A program made the translations under genes and the position numbers. This document shows positions 11,115 through 23,213 of a DNA stretch of 64,000 nt, in pieces. Below the pieces are notes generated by a model that was not told the DNA's origin, did no database searches, and worked only from the letters and a program-made list of their open reading frames with translations. Each line of letters begins with the position of its first letter. Positions within the stretch are counted from its first letter, which is position 1. This DNA comes from Promethearchaeota archaeon (GTDB taxonomy: Archaea; Asgardarchaeota; Lokiarchaeia; Sigyniarchaeales; SOKP01), in contig JAEOTA010000012.1 in the NCBI GenBank assembly GCA_016840085.1, positions 1 through 64,000 on the forward strand, written 5' to 3'.

Positions 11115-12173
11115 CTAAAAATAAGACATATTATTTCTATTAGAAGCGATTCTACGTTGATAGATGAATAAGCAAAATAAATAACTTATCATTCCTGTAA
11201 TAAATCCAAATAGATGAGATATATAATTAATTCTGGGGTCGATGGTATAGACATAGAAAAATATGAAAATAGCAATGTATATTATTAACCAATTATGTTT
11301 TCTCTTTATTAGTAAAATAATAATAAATGCTCCTACTAATCCAAATATTGCTCCTGAGGCACCAGCTGATAATATAGAAGCATGTAATTGAAAAGATATC
11401 AACATGTATACTATATTACCCATCACACCAGAAATAATGTATACTATAAGGTATACAGGTTTAGAAAGAATATTATTAGCCTCAAAATAGGAACCTACAC
11501 AACACAAAAAAAGGGTGTTAATGAATAAAGAGAATCTTTCTAAATGTATAAAGATTGCAGTAAATATTCTCCATACTTCAAAGTTATTTAAAATTTTCTG
11601 TAAATCAAAAAATAAAAAATCTCCTATGTGATATATCTCAATCAAAAGAATATAAATTAAAATATTTATAACGCAAATAAAAATAGTGAGTTTTATTTCT
11701 TTAATTTTTGGAGTATGAATTTGTCTTCTGTAATTATCCAGAACTACATAATCATCATAGTTTTCGTTAAAAAGATATTTTACAACTAATGGATCACCAT
11801 CCCACAGATTTTTTAAAATTTCATCAATAAATACCTTTTTTGCACTCGAATCTCCAACTTCAACTAATTTTCTTAGTAGAGGAAATGATATAGCATATGG
11901 TAGGATTTCTGTATCATAATTATTTCTAATCCAAAATTTCAAAATATTAACAAAATTGTTGAAATAAGCATTATTTGAATCTTTATCAAATTTATTTTCA
12001 ACGTAATTACCTTGAAGGTTAGTTTTCTCTAATTGACTTTTACTTTTTTTTAATATTTTATTTATGAAAGAATATTCAAATTCTTGAAATCTTTCTTCCT
12101 GGATATAAATTGATATTTTATTCTGTTCTGAAGAAACTGTAATATAATCATTAATTATAATTTTTGAGTTCAT
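11115..12173 (-). CDS. Rhomboid intramembrane serine protease with a Lokiarchaeal N-terminal domain
   Basis: WR motif, catalytic GASGAIFG and SHLFG; soluble N-terminal ~150 aa. Confidence 0.85.
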   Translation of the reverse strand: MNSKIIINDYITVSSEQNKISIYIQEERFQEFEYSFINKILKKSKSQLEKTNLQGNYVENKFDKDSNNAYFNNFVNILKFWIRNNYDTEILPYAISFPLLRKLVEVGDSSAKKVFIDEILKNLWDGDPLVVKYLFNENYDDYVVLDNYRRQIHTPKIKEIKLTIFICVINILIYILLIEIYHIGDFLFFDLQKILNNFEVWRIFTAIFIHLERFSLFINTLFLCCVGSYFEANNILSKPVYLIVYIISGVMGNIVYMLISFQLHASILSAGASGAIFGLVGAFIIILLIKRKHNWLIIYIAIFIFFYVYTIDPRINYISHLFGFITGMISYLFCLFIYQRRIASNRNNMSYF

Positions 12174-12470
12174 AACAAGTTTATAATTTAATTTTATTGT
12201 TCATTCCAATTTATGCAAATTGTTAACTTTAATTTATATTTATCTTATCCCCAATTATTATTTTTTGTCCTCAACTATTTTGTTTAATAGCAGAATTACT
12301 TTTTGGTTATCTTCTTACGTTTTCTATAGAAAATCAAGGTTTTTGCAATCATTTTGGATTTCTCAAGAATAATACTCAATGGAATAATGATAATTGAGAA
12401 CTTACAACAATAATTATATTAATAATTTTAGACTATATTGTTTTAAATTAATATAACTAAATTGATTAAG

Positions 12471-12533
12471 TTGCTATATGGATATTTTGATGATGAGAAC
12501 AAGGAGTATGAAATAACAAGACCAGACACTTAG
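12471..12533 (+). pseudogene. 20-codon 5' remnant of a GH94 phosphorylase gene
   Basis: TTG...MLYGYFDDENKEYEITRPDT*; 53/60 nt identical (hand count) to the start of the gene at 643, in inverted orientation. Confidence 0.85.
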
Positions 12534-12698
12534 TATAGCAACGATTAAAAAAATAGCAGGTATTAACCCTATATTTAGCTTAATTCCAAATTGTCTATTT
12601 ATTATAAATAAGAACAATGTAGTGGGATTAGTTAAAAAATTTTCTTTAAAAAATAATCATTTTTCAATAGATTTTCATTAGAGAAACTAGGCTTAGCT

Positions 12699-14087
<1,389 letters not shown>

Positions 14088-14303
14088 TTAATTAGGATTA
14101 TGTATTTAAAGTAAGATTTAAATTTATTTCAAAGATCTAATTGAACTTTTAATAGATTTATTTTTTCTTTATCTAGTCTTTCACCTGTTTTAATTAAAGT
14201 TTCATTTAAATCTAGGACAATTATAATGTTATTAATTCCCATAGGACTGAAAAAACTTCTAAATCATAAAAGAAATATTGTTTTTTCTGATATTGTACTA
14301 CTC

Positions 14304-16844
14304 TTAACAATTCCACCCTTGAACTTTGACTAAGACATTTTCAGTTACACTTTTCTTAGGTATAAAACCATCAATTTTCCTTCTCTCTGATGGTAAAAGA
14401 CTTATGCAATTATCATTCAAGTAGACAGGAGTAATAATTTTTTCAGTTTTTTCACCGATTAGAAAAACTCTGAGAAAAAAAGCAATCGCATCAGAAGTAT
14501 TTTCAAGATCTATAGAGATCTCATATAGCTGCTCACTTTCTTCTATATTAATAGATTTTTTTATTTCAGATTTTGGAAGATTTCGTAAAGCCCTCATATC
14601 AGCATGCTCTTTTAATGGTGTGTAAAACCATTTATCCTTTTCTTCGAAAATATCATTTCTTAATGAAAGCCAGTAAAAGTTCCGACTAATAATAGTTGAA
14701 TCCTCTTCAAGTGTAAGGATTAGAAAATAAACTTTAGAAAGTCCATTGATCTTAGGGATTGAAAAAAGTTCCTTTTTTGAGTATCTATCAATTATTATAT
14801 TGTTTATTGATTGACAAAATTTCTCTTTAAGATCCATATTGAGAATCTTAATTATGGCAGTAAGATTTTGCCTTTTCTGAAGAGTTTTGTTGATGAGAAT
14901 GACCGAGGCGTCATAATATGAGTATTGAATATGAATTGGTTCACAAGCTTTCTTAGAGCCAAAGAAAGCCCCATTAGGATTAAGATAATAATCGTACAAT
15001 TGCCAAATAAGGCTTGGCCAGGGACTGCACATCATCCAACCAATAACTCCAGTTGCTTTAGGAAAATTACTTGCATGAGCTTCATACATTGCTCTCCAGC
15101 ATTCATAAGCTAGTACTTGGGCTGTATTTGCAAAATCTTCTAGATCCATTGTTTTACCATATCGTTTCTCGATTGCTTCTTCAATTATTTTCGTATTGTT
15201 AAACGCACCAAGCCCTGTATGGTAATTCCAAACATCACTTCCAACATGCTTATAACCTTCAGGTAACATCAGCTGTAAACTCTCAAAAGGGGGGATGCAT
15301 ACATCAGGTCCCGTTTCTGTATTGAAACCATCGGCAGCACCTCTTCTTTCTTGTGAGTACCAATAGATTGGGGGAACATATGTATATGGACCAGTCATTT
15401 TTACTCCAGTTTCACCCATTAAGTCAGAAGGACGACTAGACGCGTTTGATATTGCAGGAAGACCAATGTATGTTTCTTCTAATACTTTGAGATAAACTTT
15501 CTCAACTGATTCTGGTGGTGGAAAATCACTTCCATAAAACCACGCAATAAAACTCGGATGGTTTCGTAATCGAAGAATCTGAGACTTTAATGATTCTTCT
15601 GCAATTCTAATATCACCTTTTTTCCAATTTTTCCATTTCTCCCAAAATGAACAGCAGCACCAACCAGCAAGAACAAGAATTCCTTCTTTATCACATAAAT
15701 TCCAGAAATGATCTGTCGCGAGTTTACCCTCAATTCTAATAGAATTCAAATTGAGATTTTTAACGAAAGCCACATCAATTGCATCTTTATCTTTAGATTG
15801 GCGTAACATCATATCTGGAGTCCAAGCAGCACCATATATGAGAATATCATGCCCATTTATTGTAAATATACGTGATCCGTGCTCATTTATAGTAGATTTT
15901 ATGTCTCTTATTCCAAAGATGATTTCCACAGAATCAGAAACCTCATTGTTAATTTTAACTTGAAGATCCAGCTTATATAACTCAGGTAAACCTAGATGAT
16001 AAGGCCACCATACACGAGGGTTATTTATTCTTGTATATGGGAACTCAATCTTCTTCATTTCATTTGGTTTCAAAATAATTTCTTTCCTGAACCTAATTTC
16101 TTCTACTTTTCCTTCGAGTATTGCCTGAATTTCTTCCTTTAGATTATTCTTTAGTTTTACACTTATTATTAAGTCTGCTTCTGTTAATGTTTCAATGTTT
16201 AGTTTGCTCCTCACAAAAGGATATTCCATAGCGACAGGTCCAGTAGAATAAAGAGTTATAGGTTGCCAAATACCCATATCATCATCAGGTGGCAGAGGAC
16301 ACCAATCAACGAAACTTATACTTAGATCGTCCGGATTTGGAGAAAAAATTTCTAAAGCGAGTACGTTTGTTGATTCTTGCTTTATTAAATGTGTTATATT
16401 AAAATTATATTGTCTATATGCTCCAATAACATAATCATTACCCGCAATCCGTTGCCCGTTTAACCAAATATTTGCAGAATAATTTATACCCTTGAAATGT
16501 AGCCAAAATTGCTTATTATTAATATCAATAGAATTTTCTAATTTGAATTCTTTTCTAAACCACCAAGAGCTTCTATAAGGACTATCATCCGGTTTATAAT
16601 GACTTTCGAAGTTCTGAGTTGTTACTTCTTTTTTGTATCCTGCTAATGATTTGAGATTAAGTCTATAATAAGGGTCCTCGATTTTTTTATTCTGTAGAAG
16701 ACCGTTTATTACTGTTGTTGGAATTTCAACTTTATACCAATCTTCTGGGTCGAAATCAATTGTTGAAATTGTTTCACCATGTTTGGATATCTTTTCAGAA
16801 GATTGCATTTGCCATTCTTTATCTAATGATAACTTGATATTCAT
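14304..16844 (-). CDS. GH2 glycosidase, exo-beta-glucosaminidase/beta-mannosidase-like
   Basis: FKGINYSANIWLNG, WWPYHLGLPELY, GWCCCSFWEKW, LRNHPSFIAWFYGSD, WQLYDYY. Confidence 0.85.
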   Translation of the reverse strand: MNIKLSLDKEWQMQSSEKISKHGETISTIDFDPEDWYKVEIPTTVINGLLQNKKIEDPYYRLNLKSLAGYKKEVTTQNFESHYKPDDSPYRSSWWFRKEFKLENSIDINNKQFWLHFKGINYSANIWLNGQRIAGNDYVIGAYRQYNFNITHLIKQESTNVLALEIFSPNPDDLSISFVDWCPLPPDDDMGIWQPITLYSTGPVAMEYPFVRSKLNIETLTEADLIISVKLKNNLKEEIQAILEGKVEEIRFRKEIILKPNEMKKIEFPYTRINNPRVWWPYHLGLPELYKLDLQVKINNEVSDSVEIIFGIRDIKSTINEHGSRIFTINGHDILIYGAAWTPDMMLRQSKDKDAIDVAFVKNLNLNSIRIEGKLATDHFWNLCDKEGILVLAGWCCCSFWEKWKNWKKGDIRIAEESLKSQILRLRNHPSFIAWFYGSDFPPPESVEKVYLKVLEETYIGLPAISNASSRPSDLMGETGVKMTGPYTYVPPIYWYSQERRGAADGFNTETGPDVCIPPFESLQLMLPEGYKHVGSDVWNYHTGLGAFNNTKIIEEAIEKRYGKTMDLEDFANTAQVLAYECWRAMYEAHASNFPKATGVIGWMMCSPWPSLIWQLYDYYLNPNGAFFGSKKACEPIHIQYSYYDASVILINKTLQKRQNLTAIIKILNMDLKEKFCQSINNIIIDRYSKKELFSIPKINGLSKVYFLILTLEEDSTIISRNFYWLSLRNDIFEEKDKWFYTPLKEHADMRALRNLPKSEIKKSINIEESEQLYEISIDLENTSDAIAFFLRVFLIGEKTEKIITPVYLNDNCISLLPSERRKIDGFIPKKSVTENVLVKVQGWNC

Positions 16845-17227
16845 AATTTTATATTCTTTTTTTTTGGATAATTTCTTTTATAGTTTAGTAATCCTTTTGG
16901 GAGGAAAGGGGAATTTATAATATTTAAGGAAAAAATTTTATAGCAGTATCTAAGTATTTATTTTGGTTTTATTTATTTGTTGTGGTCGATAGACCGACAT
17001 AATTCCTGACTTATCCTATCACCCCTAGCTGGATTTAGTAAATATTTAACAATATTATAAGGCTAAACTGTTATTTAAAATACCAAGATTAAAGTTAACA
17101 TTTTTTAAATTCTCTTACTACATGTATCTTTTTTTAGAAGTAAATATAAAAATAAAACGTTGTTTCAAAAACTATTTAAAGTCACAAACTATAGATTTTA
17201 AAATATATAATATTATTGGGATTATAA

Positions 17228-19594
17228 ATGCAATATGGATATTTTGATAATAAGAAAAAAGAGTATTTAATTACACAACCTGATACTCCTCTTCCATGGA
17301 TTAACTACTTAAGTAATGGTAAATATTGTGCTATGATTTCTAATACTGGAGGAGGATATAGTTTTTATATTGATCCAAGAGATCTAAGAATTCTTCGATA
17401 TAGATATAATAATTTACCAGTAGACAGACCGGGAAGATATATCTATATTAGAGATAATCATACTTCAGAATATTGGTCTCCTACATGGCAACCAGTTATG
17501 AAGAGTCTAGATAGTTATGAATGTCGACATGGGTTAGGTTATACAAAATTTTCATCATCCTATCAAGGAATTCATACCGAAATTCTTTATTTTGTACCAC
17601 TGGAGGATAATGTAGAGATTTGGTCTTTAACAGTTCAAAACACATCCTCTGAAAGAAAAGAATTAAATATCTTCTCATATGCTGAGTTTTGTCTTTGGAG
17701 TGCTATATCAGATCAAAGAGATCTTCAATATATTCAAAATGTTGCAGTTGCTAAATATAGTGAAAAGAATAAAGCTATTTTTTATCATCTATTTGATCTA
17801 TCCACCTATGTTGCATTTTTTTCTTCAAATGGTAATATAACAAGTTATGATTGCGATCGTGAAGCATTTATAGGAGATTATCGTTCTGAAGCAAATCCAA
17901 TAAGTGTTGAAAAAGGTAGATGTGGAGATTCTCAAGCTCTTGGGGGAAATCCTATTGCTGCTACATGCAATAAAATTGTATTAAATCCTAATGAATCTAA
18001 AAAAATTATATTTGTTTTAGGAGTTATTAAAGAAAAATCCCAAGCAACACAATTACTTTATAAATATGAGAAATTTGAGAATGTTGAGATTGAATTTTTA
18101 AAAATGAAGGAGGCTTGGGATAATTATCTAAAAAATCTTGTTGCAGAAACTCCAGATAAAGATTTCAATTCCATTATTAATATTTGGAATCCATATCAAT
18201 GTAAAACAACTTTTGATTGGGCGCGTTATGTTTCTTTTTATGAAACAGGAATTGGAAGAGGAATAGGTTTTCGTGATAGCAATCAAGATACTTTAGCCGT
18301 TTGTCATGCTCTTCCAAACCAGGTTCACGATCGGTTAATAGAACTTGCTAAAAACCAATTTGAAAGTGGAGAAGTGTATCATATTTATTTCCCTCTAACA
18401 GGTAAAGGTGGTTATCCCGATTATATTAATCCGATTATGAAATTCTTTGGAGATGATCATTTATGGTTGATTTTTGCTGTTAGTAATTATTTAAAAGAGA
18501 CAGGAGATATGTCAATTTTAGAAGAGAATATTAAATACGTTGAGGGATCTAAAGAAATTTTATATGAACATTTGAAAAGAGCAATACGATTCACAAATAA
18601 TAATACAGGGCCACACGGGTTTCCTTTGATAGGTACAGCCGATTGGAACGATACACTTCAACTCCATGGACCCAATAAACAAGGAGAAAGTGTAATGGTT
18701 GCTATGCAATACCATAAAGCATTATTAGATATAGATGAAATAGCAAAAGAATTCAATCGTAAAAATAATTTTATAGAATATAATAATTTGGCTGATAAAG
18801 TTAAAGAGAATATAAATAAAAATGCCTGGGATGGAGAATGGTATATTCGGGCTTTTGATGACGATGGAGAAGTAATAGGCAGTCAGAATAATGAAGAAGG
18901 TAAAATTTTTCTAAATACTCAATCATGGGCTGTTTTTAGTAAAGTTGCCTCAGAAGAGCGTGGTCTTCAATGTATGGATTCTGTGAGGAATTATCTTAAT
19001 ACTAATTATGGAATTAAATTATTATACCCTCCATATACACAATTTTATCCAAAAATGGGAGGAATATCTACATTTCCACCGGGTTTAAAAGAAAATGCTA
19101 GCATATTTTGTCATACTAATCCTTGGGCAGAAATTGCTGAATGTATCTTAGGTCGAGGTGATATTGCATATGAATATTATAAGAAAATCACTCCAACTAC
19201 AAAAAATAAAATTGCTGAAATACATCAAACTGAACCCTATATTTATTCTCAAATGATCACAGGTAATGATCATCCAAAATTTGGATCTGCGAAAAACTCA
19301 TGGCTTACAGGAACAGCATCATGGACATTGAAAGCTGCAACAGATTGGATTCTTGGGATACGACCACAATTTCATGGTTTGATGATAGATCCATGTATCC
19401 CAAAAAAATGGAATAAATTCAGAGTTATTAGATATTTTAGGAATGCAATTTATGATATAACCGTTCAAAATCCAGAACATTTATCAAAAGGAAATGCAAG
19501 AATAAGAGTAGATAATATTAAACAGGAAAATAATCTTGTACCTATCTTCAAAGATGGTAGGAAACATATTGTTGAGGTAAAAATTGAGCAATAA
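17228..19594 (+). CDS. GH94 glycoside phosphorylase (chitobiose/cellobiose phosphorylase family)
   Basis: GFRDSNQD, DDHLW, ADWND catalytic motif, KENASIFCH, SWLTGTASW. Confidence 0.92.
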   Translation: MQYGYFDNKKKEYLITQPDTPLPWINYLSNGKYCAMISNTGGGYSFYIDPRDLRILRYRYNNLPVDRPGRYIYIRDNHTSEYWSPTWQPVMKSLDSYECRHGLGYTKFSSSYQGIHTEILYFVPLEDNVEIWSLTVQNTSSERKELNIFSYAEFCLWSAISDQRDLQYIQNVAVAKYSEKNKAIFYHLFDLSTYVAFFSSNGNITSYDCDREAFIGDYRSEANPISVEKGRCGDSQALGGNPIAATCNKIVLNPNESKKIIFVLGVIKEKSQATQLLYKYEKFENVEIEFLKMKEAWDNYLKNLVAETPDKDFNSIINIWNPYQCKTTFDWARYVSFYETGIGRGIGFRDSNQDTLAVCHALPNQVHDRLIELAKNQFESGEVYHIYFPLTGKGGYPDYINPIMKFFGDDHLWLIFAVSNYLKETGDMSILEENIKYVEGSKEILYEHLKRAIRFTNNNTGPHGFPLIGTADWNDTLQLHGPNKQGESVMVAMQYHKALLDIDEIAKEFNRKNNFIEYNNLADKVKENINKNAWDGEWYIRAFDDDGEVIGSQNNEEGKIFLNTQSWAVFSKVASEERGLQCMDSVRNYLNTNYGIKLLYPPYTQFYPKMGGISTFPPGLKENASIFCHTNPWAEIAECILGRGDIAYEYYKKITPTTKNKIAEIHQTEPYIYSQMITGNDHPKFGSAKNSWLTGTASWTLKAATDWILGIRPQFHGLMIDPCIPKKWNKFRVIRYFRNAIYDITVQNPEHLSKGNARIRVDNIKQENNLVPIFKDGRKHIVEVKIEQ

Positions 19595-19868
19595 TAGTTT
19601 GTACTCAATTAATATAGAGGCATATTTCTGTGCTGAGGTAGTTGAAGATGAAATTGGAGGTTGTGTGCGGTAAGAAAGATTTGATGAAGAAAAACATGAA
19701 TTTACTGCTTGTTTAGTAAGTGGAAATCCTGTGGAATGTGCTGTGTATATCGCTAAGAGTTATTAAATATAATTTAATCCTTTTCTATTTCTATATGATA
19801 AGAGTTTTTAATTATTCATAATAACAATAATTTTATTTAATCATTCAATTTGTTAACTGTGATTTAGT

Positions 19869-20045
19869 ATGGCAGATAAAGATGCTGTTTTAAAAGTTTT
19901 TAAGAACTCTGATAAGCCTCTTCGTCCGGGAGAAATCGCAAAAGAACTTGGGATTGAATCTAAAGAGATATCTAAATATATCAAAGAATTAAGAGAAGAG
20001 GGGAAGGTTTACTCGCCCAAACAATGTTTCTATGCCTTAAAATAA
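19869..20045 (+). CDS. Small 58-aa winged-helix DNA-binding protein (below ORF-track cutoff)
   Basis: MADKDAVLKVFKNSDKPLRPGEIAKELGIESKEISKYIKELREEGKVYSPKQCFYALK. Confidence 0.85.
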   Translation: MADKDAVLKVFKNSDKPLRPGEIAKELGIESKEISKYIKELREEGKVYSPKQCFYALK

Positions 20046-20141
20046 GTAAATAGAAAAGTTTAATTAACTTTTCAACATTATTTTTTTAAAAGTAGCTAAA
20101 TCCTCAATAATTTCATTAAAAAAAAAGAAAATATAAAAAAA

Positions 20142-20306
20142 CTAATGGATGTAGTTTAGTGGTGTTTTTGATTGTTGTTCTTCCTTCACAAATTTAGTTT
20201 CAAAATTCATATAACCGCAATCTAAACATTTTACAGTTATAGGGGGGAAGTAACTTACCATTTTAGGCTTTTTCTTGGAAGAACAATTGGGGCAACAATA
20301 ATACAT
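20142..20306 (-). CDS. Small 54-aa zinc-ribbon protein (below ORF-track cutoff)
   Basis: MYYCCPNCSSKKKPKMVSYFPPITVKCLDCGYMNFETKF...; CPxC and CxxCG knuckles; GGAGG upstream. Confidence 0.75.
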   Translation of the reverse strand: MYYCCPNCSSKKKPKMVSYFPPITVKCLDCGYMNFETKFVKEEQQSKTPLNYIH

Positions 20307-20550
20307 TCTTCGTAAACCCCTCCAATTTTTATTTTTCTTTTAATAAACACATATGAATTATTTTGGGTTGATTTTTCTTGATAATATTTTTTAAAGTACC
20401 AATAAAAAGTCCAATAATTTAACCCACTTATAATTGCTCTACATGAGCTTTATAAAATTCTATTTTCTATACTGTAAATAATAATTAATCCAAAAATTTA
20501 AGAGATTTAGAATCTTTAAATTTCTAAAAATCTTAACTTGAGAGTTTTTA

Positions 20551-21450
20551 ATGAACAATTTTGTCCAGCCCCTCTCTGATGAGTTTAAAAATATTTTTTT
20601 TATTGAAGGGGAGCAAAATGCAAGATATCCTTATTCTCATTCTTTTTTAATAGAAAATTATTTAATCGACACTGGTATTTCAAATAAAAGAGTAAAAAAA
20701 TTAAAGAGATTATTTCAAATCAATCATGTTTTATTAAGCCATTGGCATGAAGATCACATATCAGGAAATGGTTTGTTAAAAGGTGCAGAATTCTATTGTC
20801 ATAAAGACGATAAACCAGCAATTGAAGATATAGAAAAAATGTTCCCCTATTATAATGTTCAAAATACGACTGCTGGAGAAGAATTTAGGAAGCTACTTGA
20901 AATTTTTGGGATTGAAAATACTCACATTGATAAAACTTTTGAGGACAATGAAATTATTAACATTGGAGAACATTTGAAGTTAAAAGTTATTCATACTCCA
21001 GGCCATACAGCAGGACATTGTGGTTTTTATGAAATAAAAACTCAAATTGCATTCTTAGGGGATATAGATCTTACAAGATTTCCATATTATGCAAATATTG
21101 ATTCAAATTTAATTGATTTTGAGGATTCCATCGAAAAATTAAAAGATTTAGATATTAAGATTGTGTTAACTGGGCATAGAGATCCAATTGAAGGACAAGA
21201 CAATATAAAAGAAGAACTAGATAATTTCAAATCAATAATTCTTAAAAGAGATGAAAGAATATTAGAAAATCTTTCCGAGAAAATACCTATTAATGCAATA
21301 GATTTGAAACATAAAAATTTAATTTACAAGAGATATAATTATGAGAATTTTGAAGTAATCTCTGAGTTAGTAATGATTAAAAAGCATTTTGATAAATTTA
21401 TTATTAATGGTTTAATTGAGCCTAAAGAAAATGGTTTTGTTTTAAGTTGA
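20551..21450 (+). CDS. Metallo-beta-lactamase-fold hydrolase
   Basis: SHWHEDH, HTPGHTAGH, LGD, TGH motifs. Confidence 0.9.
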   Translation: MNNFVQPLSDEFKNIFFIEGEQNARYPYSHSFLIENYLIDTGISNKRVKKLKRLFQINHVLLSHWHEDHISGNGLLKGAEFYCHKDDKPAIEDIEKMFPYYNVQNTTAGEEFRKLLEIFGIENTHIDKTFEDNEIINIGEHLKLKVIHTPGHTAGHCGFYEIKTQIAFLGDIDLTRFPYYANIDSNLIDFEDSIEKLKDLDIKIVLTGHRDPIEGQDNIKEELDNFKSIILKRDERILENLSEKIPINAIDLKHKNLIYKRYNYENFEVISELVMIKKHFDKFIINGLIEPKENGFVLS

Positions 21451-21511
21451 TGGTAATCTTTTCTTTTAGCAAACGTTTTCCTATAAAACATGGTGGGGGA
21501 TGAAGATATAA

Positions 21512-22978
21512 ATGAATACTAAAAATTTAGAGTCATTGAATTTCTTATTCTATCCCCGTAATGTTGCTATTTTTGGGGCTAGTGAAAAATTATGGTATAT
21601 GGTAAAAGGATTTGAAGAACATAATTTTAATAAAAATAAACTATATTTAATTAATCCTTCTAAAGGCGAAATTTTTGGGCAGAAATGTTATAAATCAATA
21701 GATGATATTCCAGATGAGACAATAGATCTTCTGATATTAGCGGTTGGAAGAGATAGATTAGCTCAAAGTCTAAAAGAATTGATAGAACAAAAAGATATCA
21801 AAACAATTCATATATTTACAGCTGGTACAGGAGAATCCGATGAAAAAGGAGTAATAGTAGAAAATGAATTATTTAATATATTTAATAACGAAAACCTTAG
21901 TACCAGGGCAATCGGACCAAACTGTATGGGGGTCTATTCTGTTAAAGGGCATTTAGCTTATGAACCTTTCTTACCAACTGAGCCGGGAAACATATCACTA
22001 GTTTTTCAATCTGGGGATTTACACTCTCAAACGATTAGGATTGGGGCAAGGCGACATAATTTAAAATACTCAAAGGGAGTAAGTATAGGGAATTGTATTG
22101 ACCTTCAAATCTCTGATTTTCTGCAGTATTATAATAATGACGATGATACTGATTTGATTATGGTTTATTTTGAAGGGATAAATGCACATTATCCCAATGA
22201 AGGTAAAGAATTGTTAAAAACTTTAAGAGCCATGAAAAAACCAGTATTATTTATGCACGGAGGGAAGACTTCAAGAGCTCAAAAAGCTGCTTTAACTCAC
22301 ACAGGTTCAATTAGTACAAATCAAAAAATTTGGAAAGCTATTTATAAGCAAACTCCGATTGTTGAAGTTCCTACTTCTCTTGATGATATGATTGATTATG
22401 CATTTATCTTTTATAAGGTAATAAATCGATATAGAGATTCTAAAAATGATAATTATAGAATTAATTATCCAAAAGGAAAAAATGTTTTGTTGATTCTATG
22501 GTCTGGAGGATTTGGAATAATTGATACAAATATGTTAACAGAATTAGGAATGAATATTCCATATTTTGAAGGTGAGATTTTAGAAAAACTGAGAAAGATA
22601 TACCCTATTAAAATAGGAAGTCTTTCCAATCCTTTAGATATACCTTGGGTATCATCTTCTGAGACGTATTTTAAAATTGCTAAAGTGGCAAGCTCAGAAA
22701 ATGTTGATTTAGTTATTATTGAAACTGATATGTGGGAAGAGGAACCACATTTTGATAGATATTATAATAATATATTGGCTATAAGGAAACATGTAGAATC
22801 TTTAGATAAAATTTTCATATTAATATTACCTGAGTATCCTGCTAGACACCGACAGAAGTATTATAAGAAGCTAATAGATGATGATTTTATTGTATACCCC
22901 TCTGTTCGTAGAGCTGCGAAAGCATTTTTGGCGCTATATGATTATGGTAAAAAAATTGAAAACTTAAATAAGAAATAG
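21512..22978 (+). CDS. ADP-forming acyl-CoA synthetase, alpha (CoA-binding) subunit
   Basis: VAIFGAS, IGPNCMG, QSG, VSIGN, AALTHTGS phospho-His motif, NPLD. Confidence 0.85.
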   Translation: MNTKNLESLNFLFYPRNVAIFGASEKLWYMVKGFEEHNFNKNKLYLINPSKGEIFGQKCYKSIDDIPDETIDLLILAVGRDRLAQSLKELIEQKDIKTIHIFTAGTGESDEKGVIVENELFNIFNNENLSTRAIGPNCMGVYSVKGHLAYEPFLPTEPGNISLVFQSGDLHSQTIRIGARRHNLKYSKGVSIGNCIDLQISDFLQYYNNDDDTDLIMVYFEGINAHYPNEGKELLKTLRAMKKPVLFMHGGKTSRAQKAALTHTGSISTNQKIWKAIYKQTPIVEVPTSLDDMIDYAFIFYKVINRYRDSKNDNYRINYPKGKNVLLILWSGGFGIIDTNMLTELGMNIPYFEGEILEKLRKIYPIKIGSLSNPLDIPWVSSSETYFKIAKVASSENVDLVIIETDMWEEEPHFDRYYNNILAIRKHVESLDKIFILILPEYPARHRQKYYKKLIDDDFIVYPSVRRAAKAFLALYDYGKKIENLNKK

Positions 22979-23213
22979 GAAAAAACTAAAACCAATCATA
23001 ACTTTTATGTTCTCCATTCTCTTTCAGAGAGTTGATCCAATTTCTTTATTGAATATTATTGGGTGAATTTTTGTTTTACTTGTTGTGTTTATAATTAATT
23101 AGAATTAAAATTTTAAATTTTAGGGTTAGATGAATAAACTTTATATGTTGAATTATATTGAACAATTCAATTTTATTCAAAAAATAATGGATTTAAAATA
23201 GAGGGATTTTAAT

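Noticed and set aside
16981-17035. GC-richer hairpin TGTGGTCGATAGACCGACA between the GH2 and GH94 genes
   Set aside because: Too short to call an ncRNA; no tRNA or C/D-box pattern
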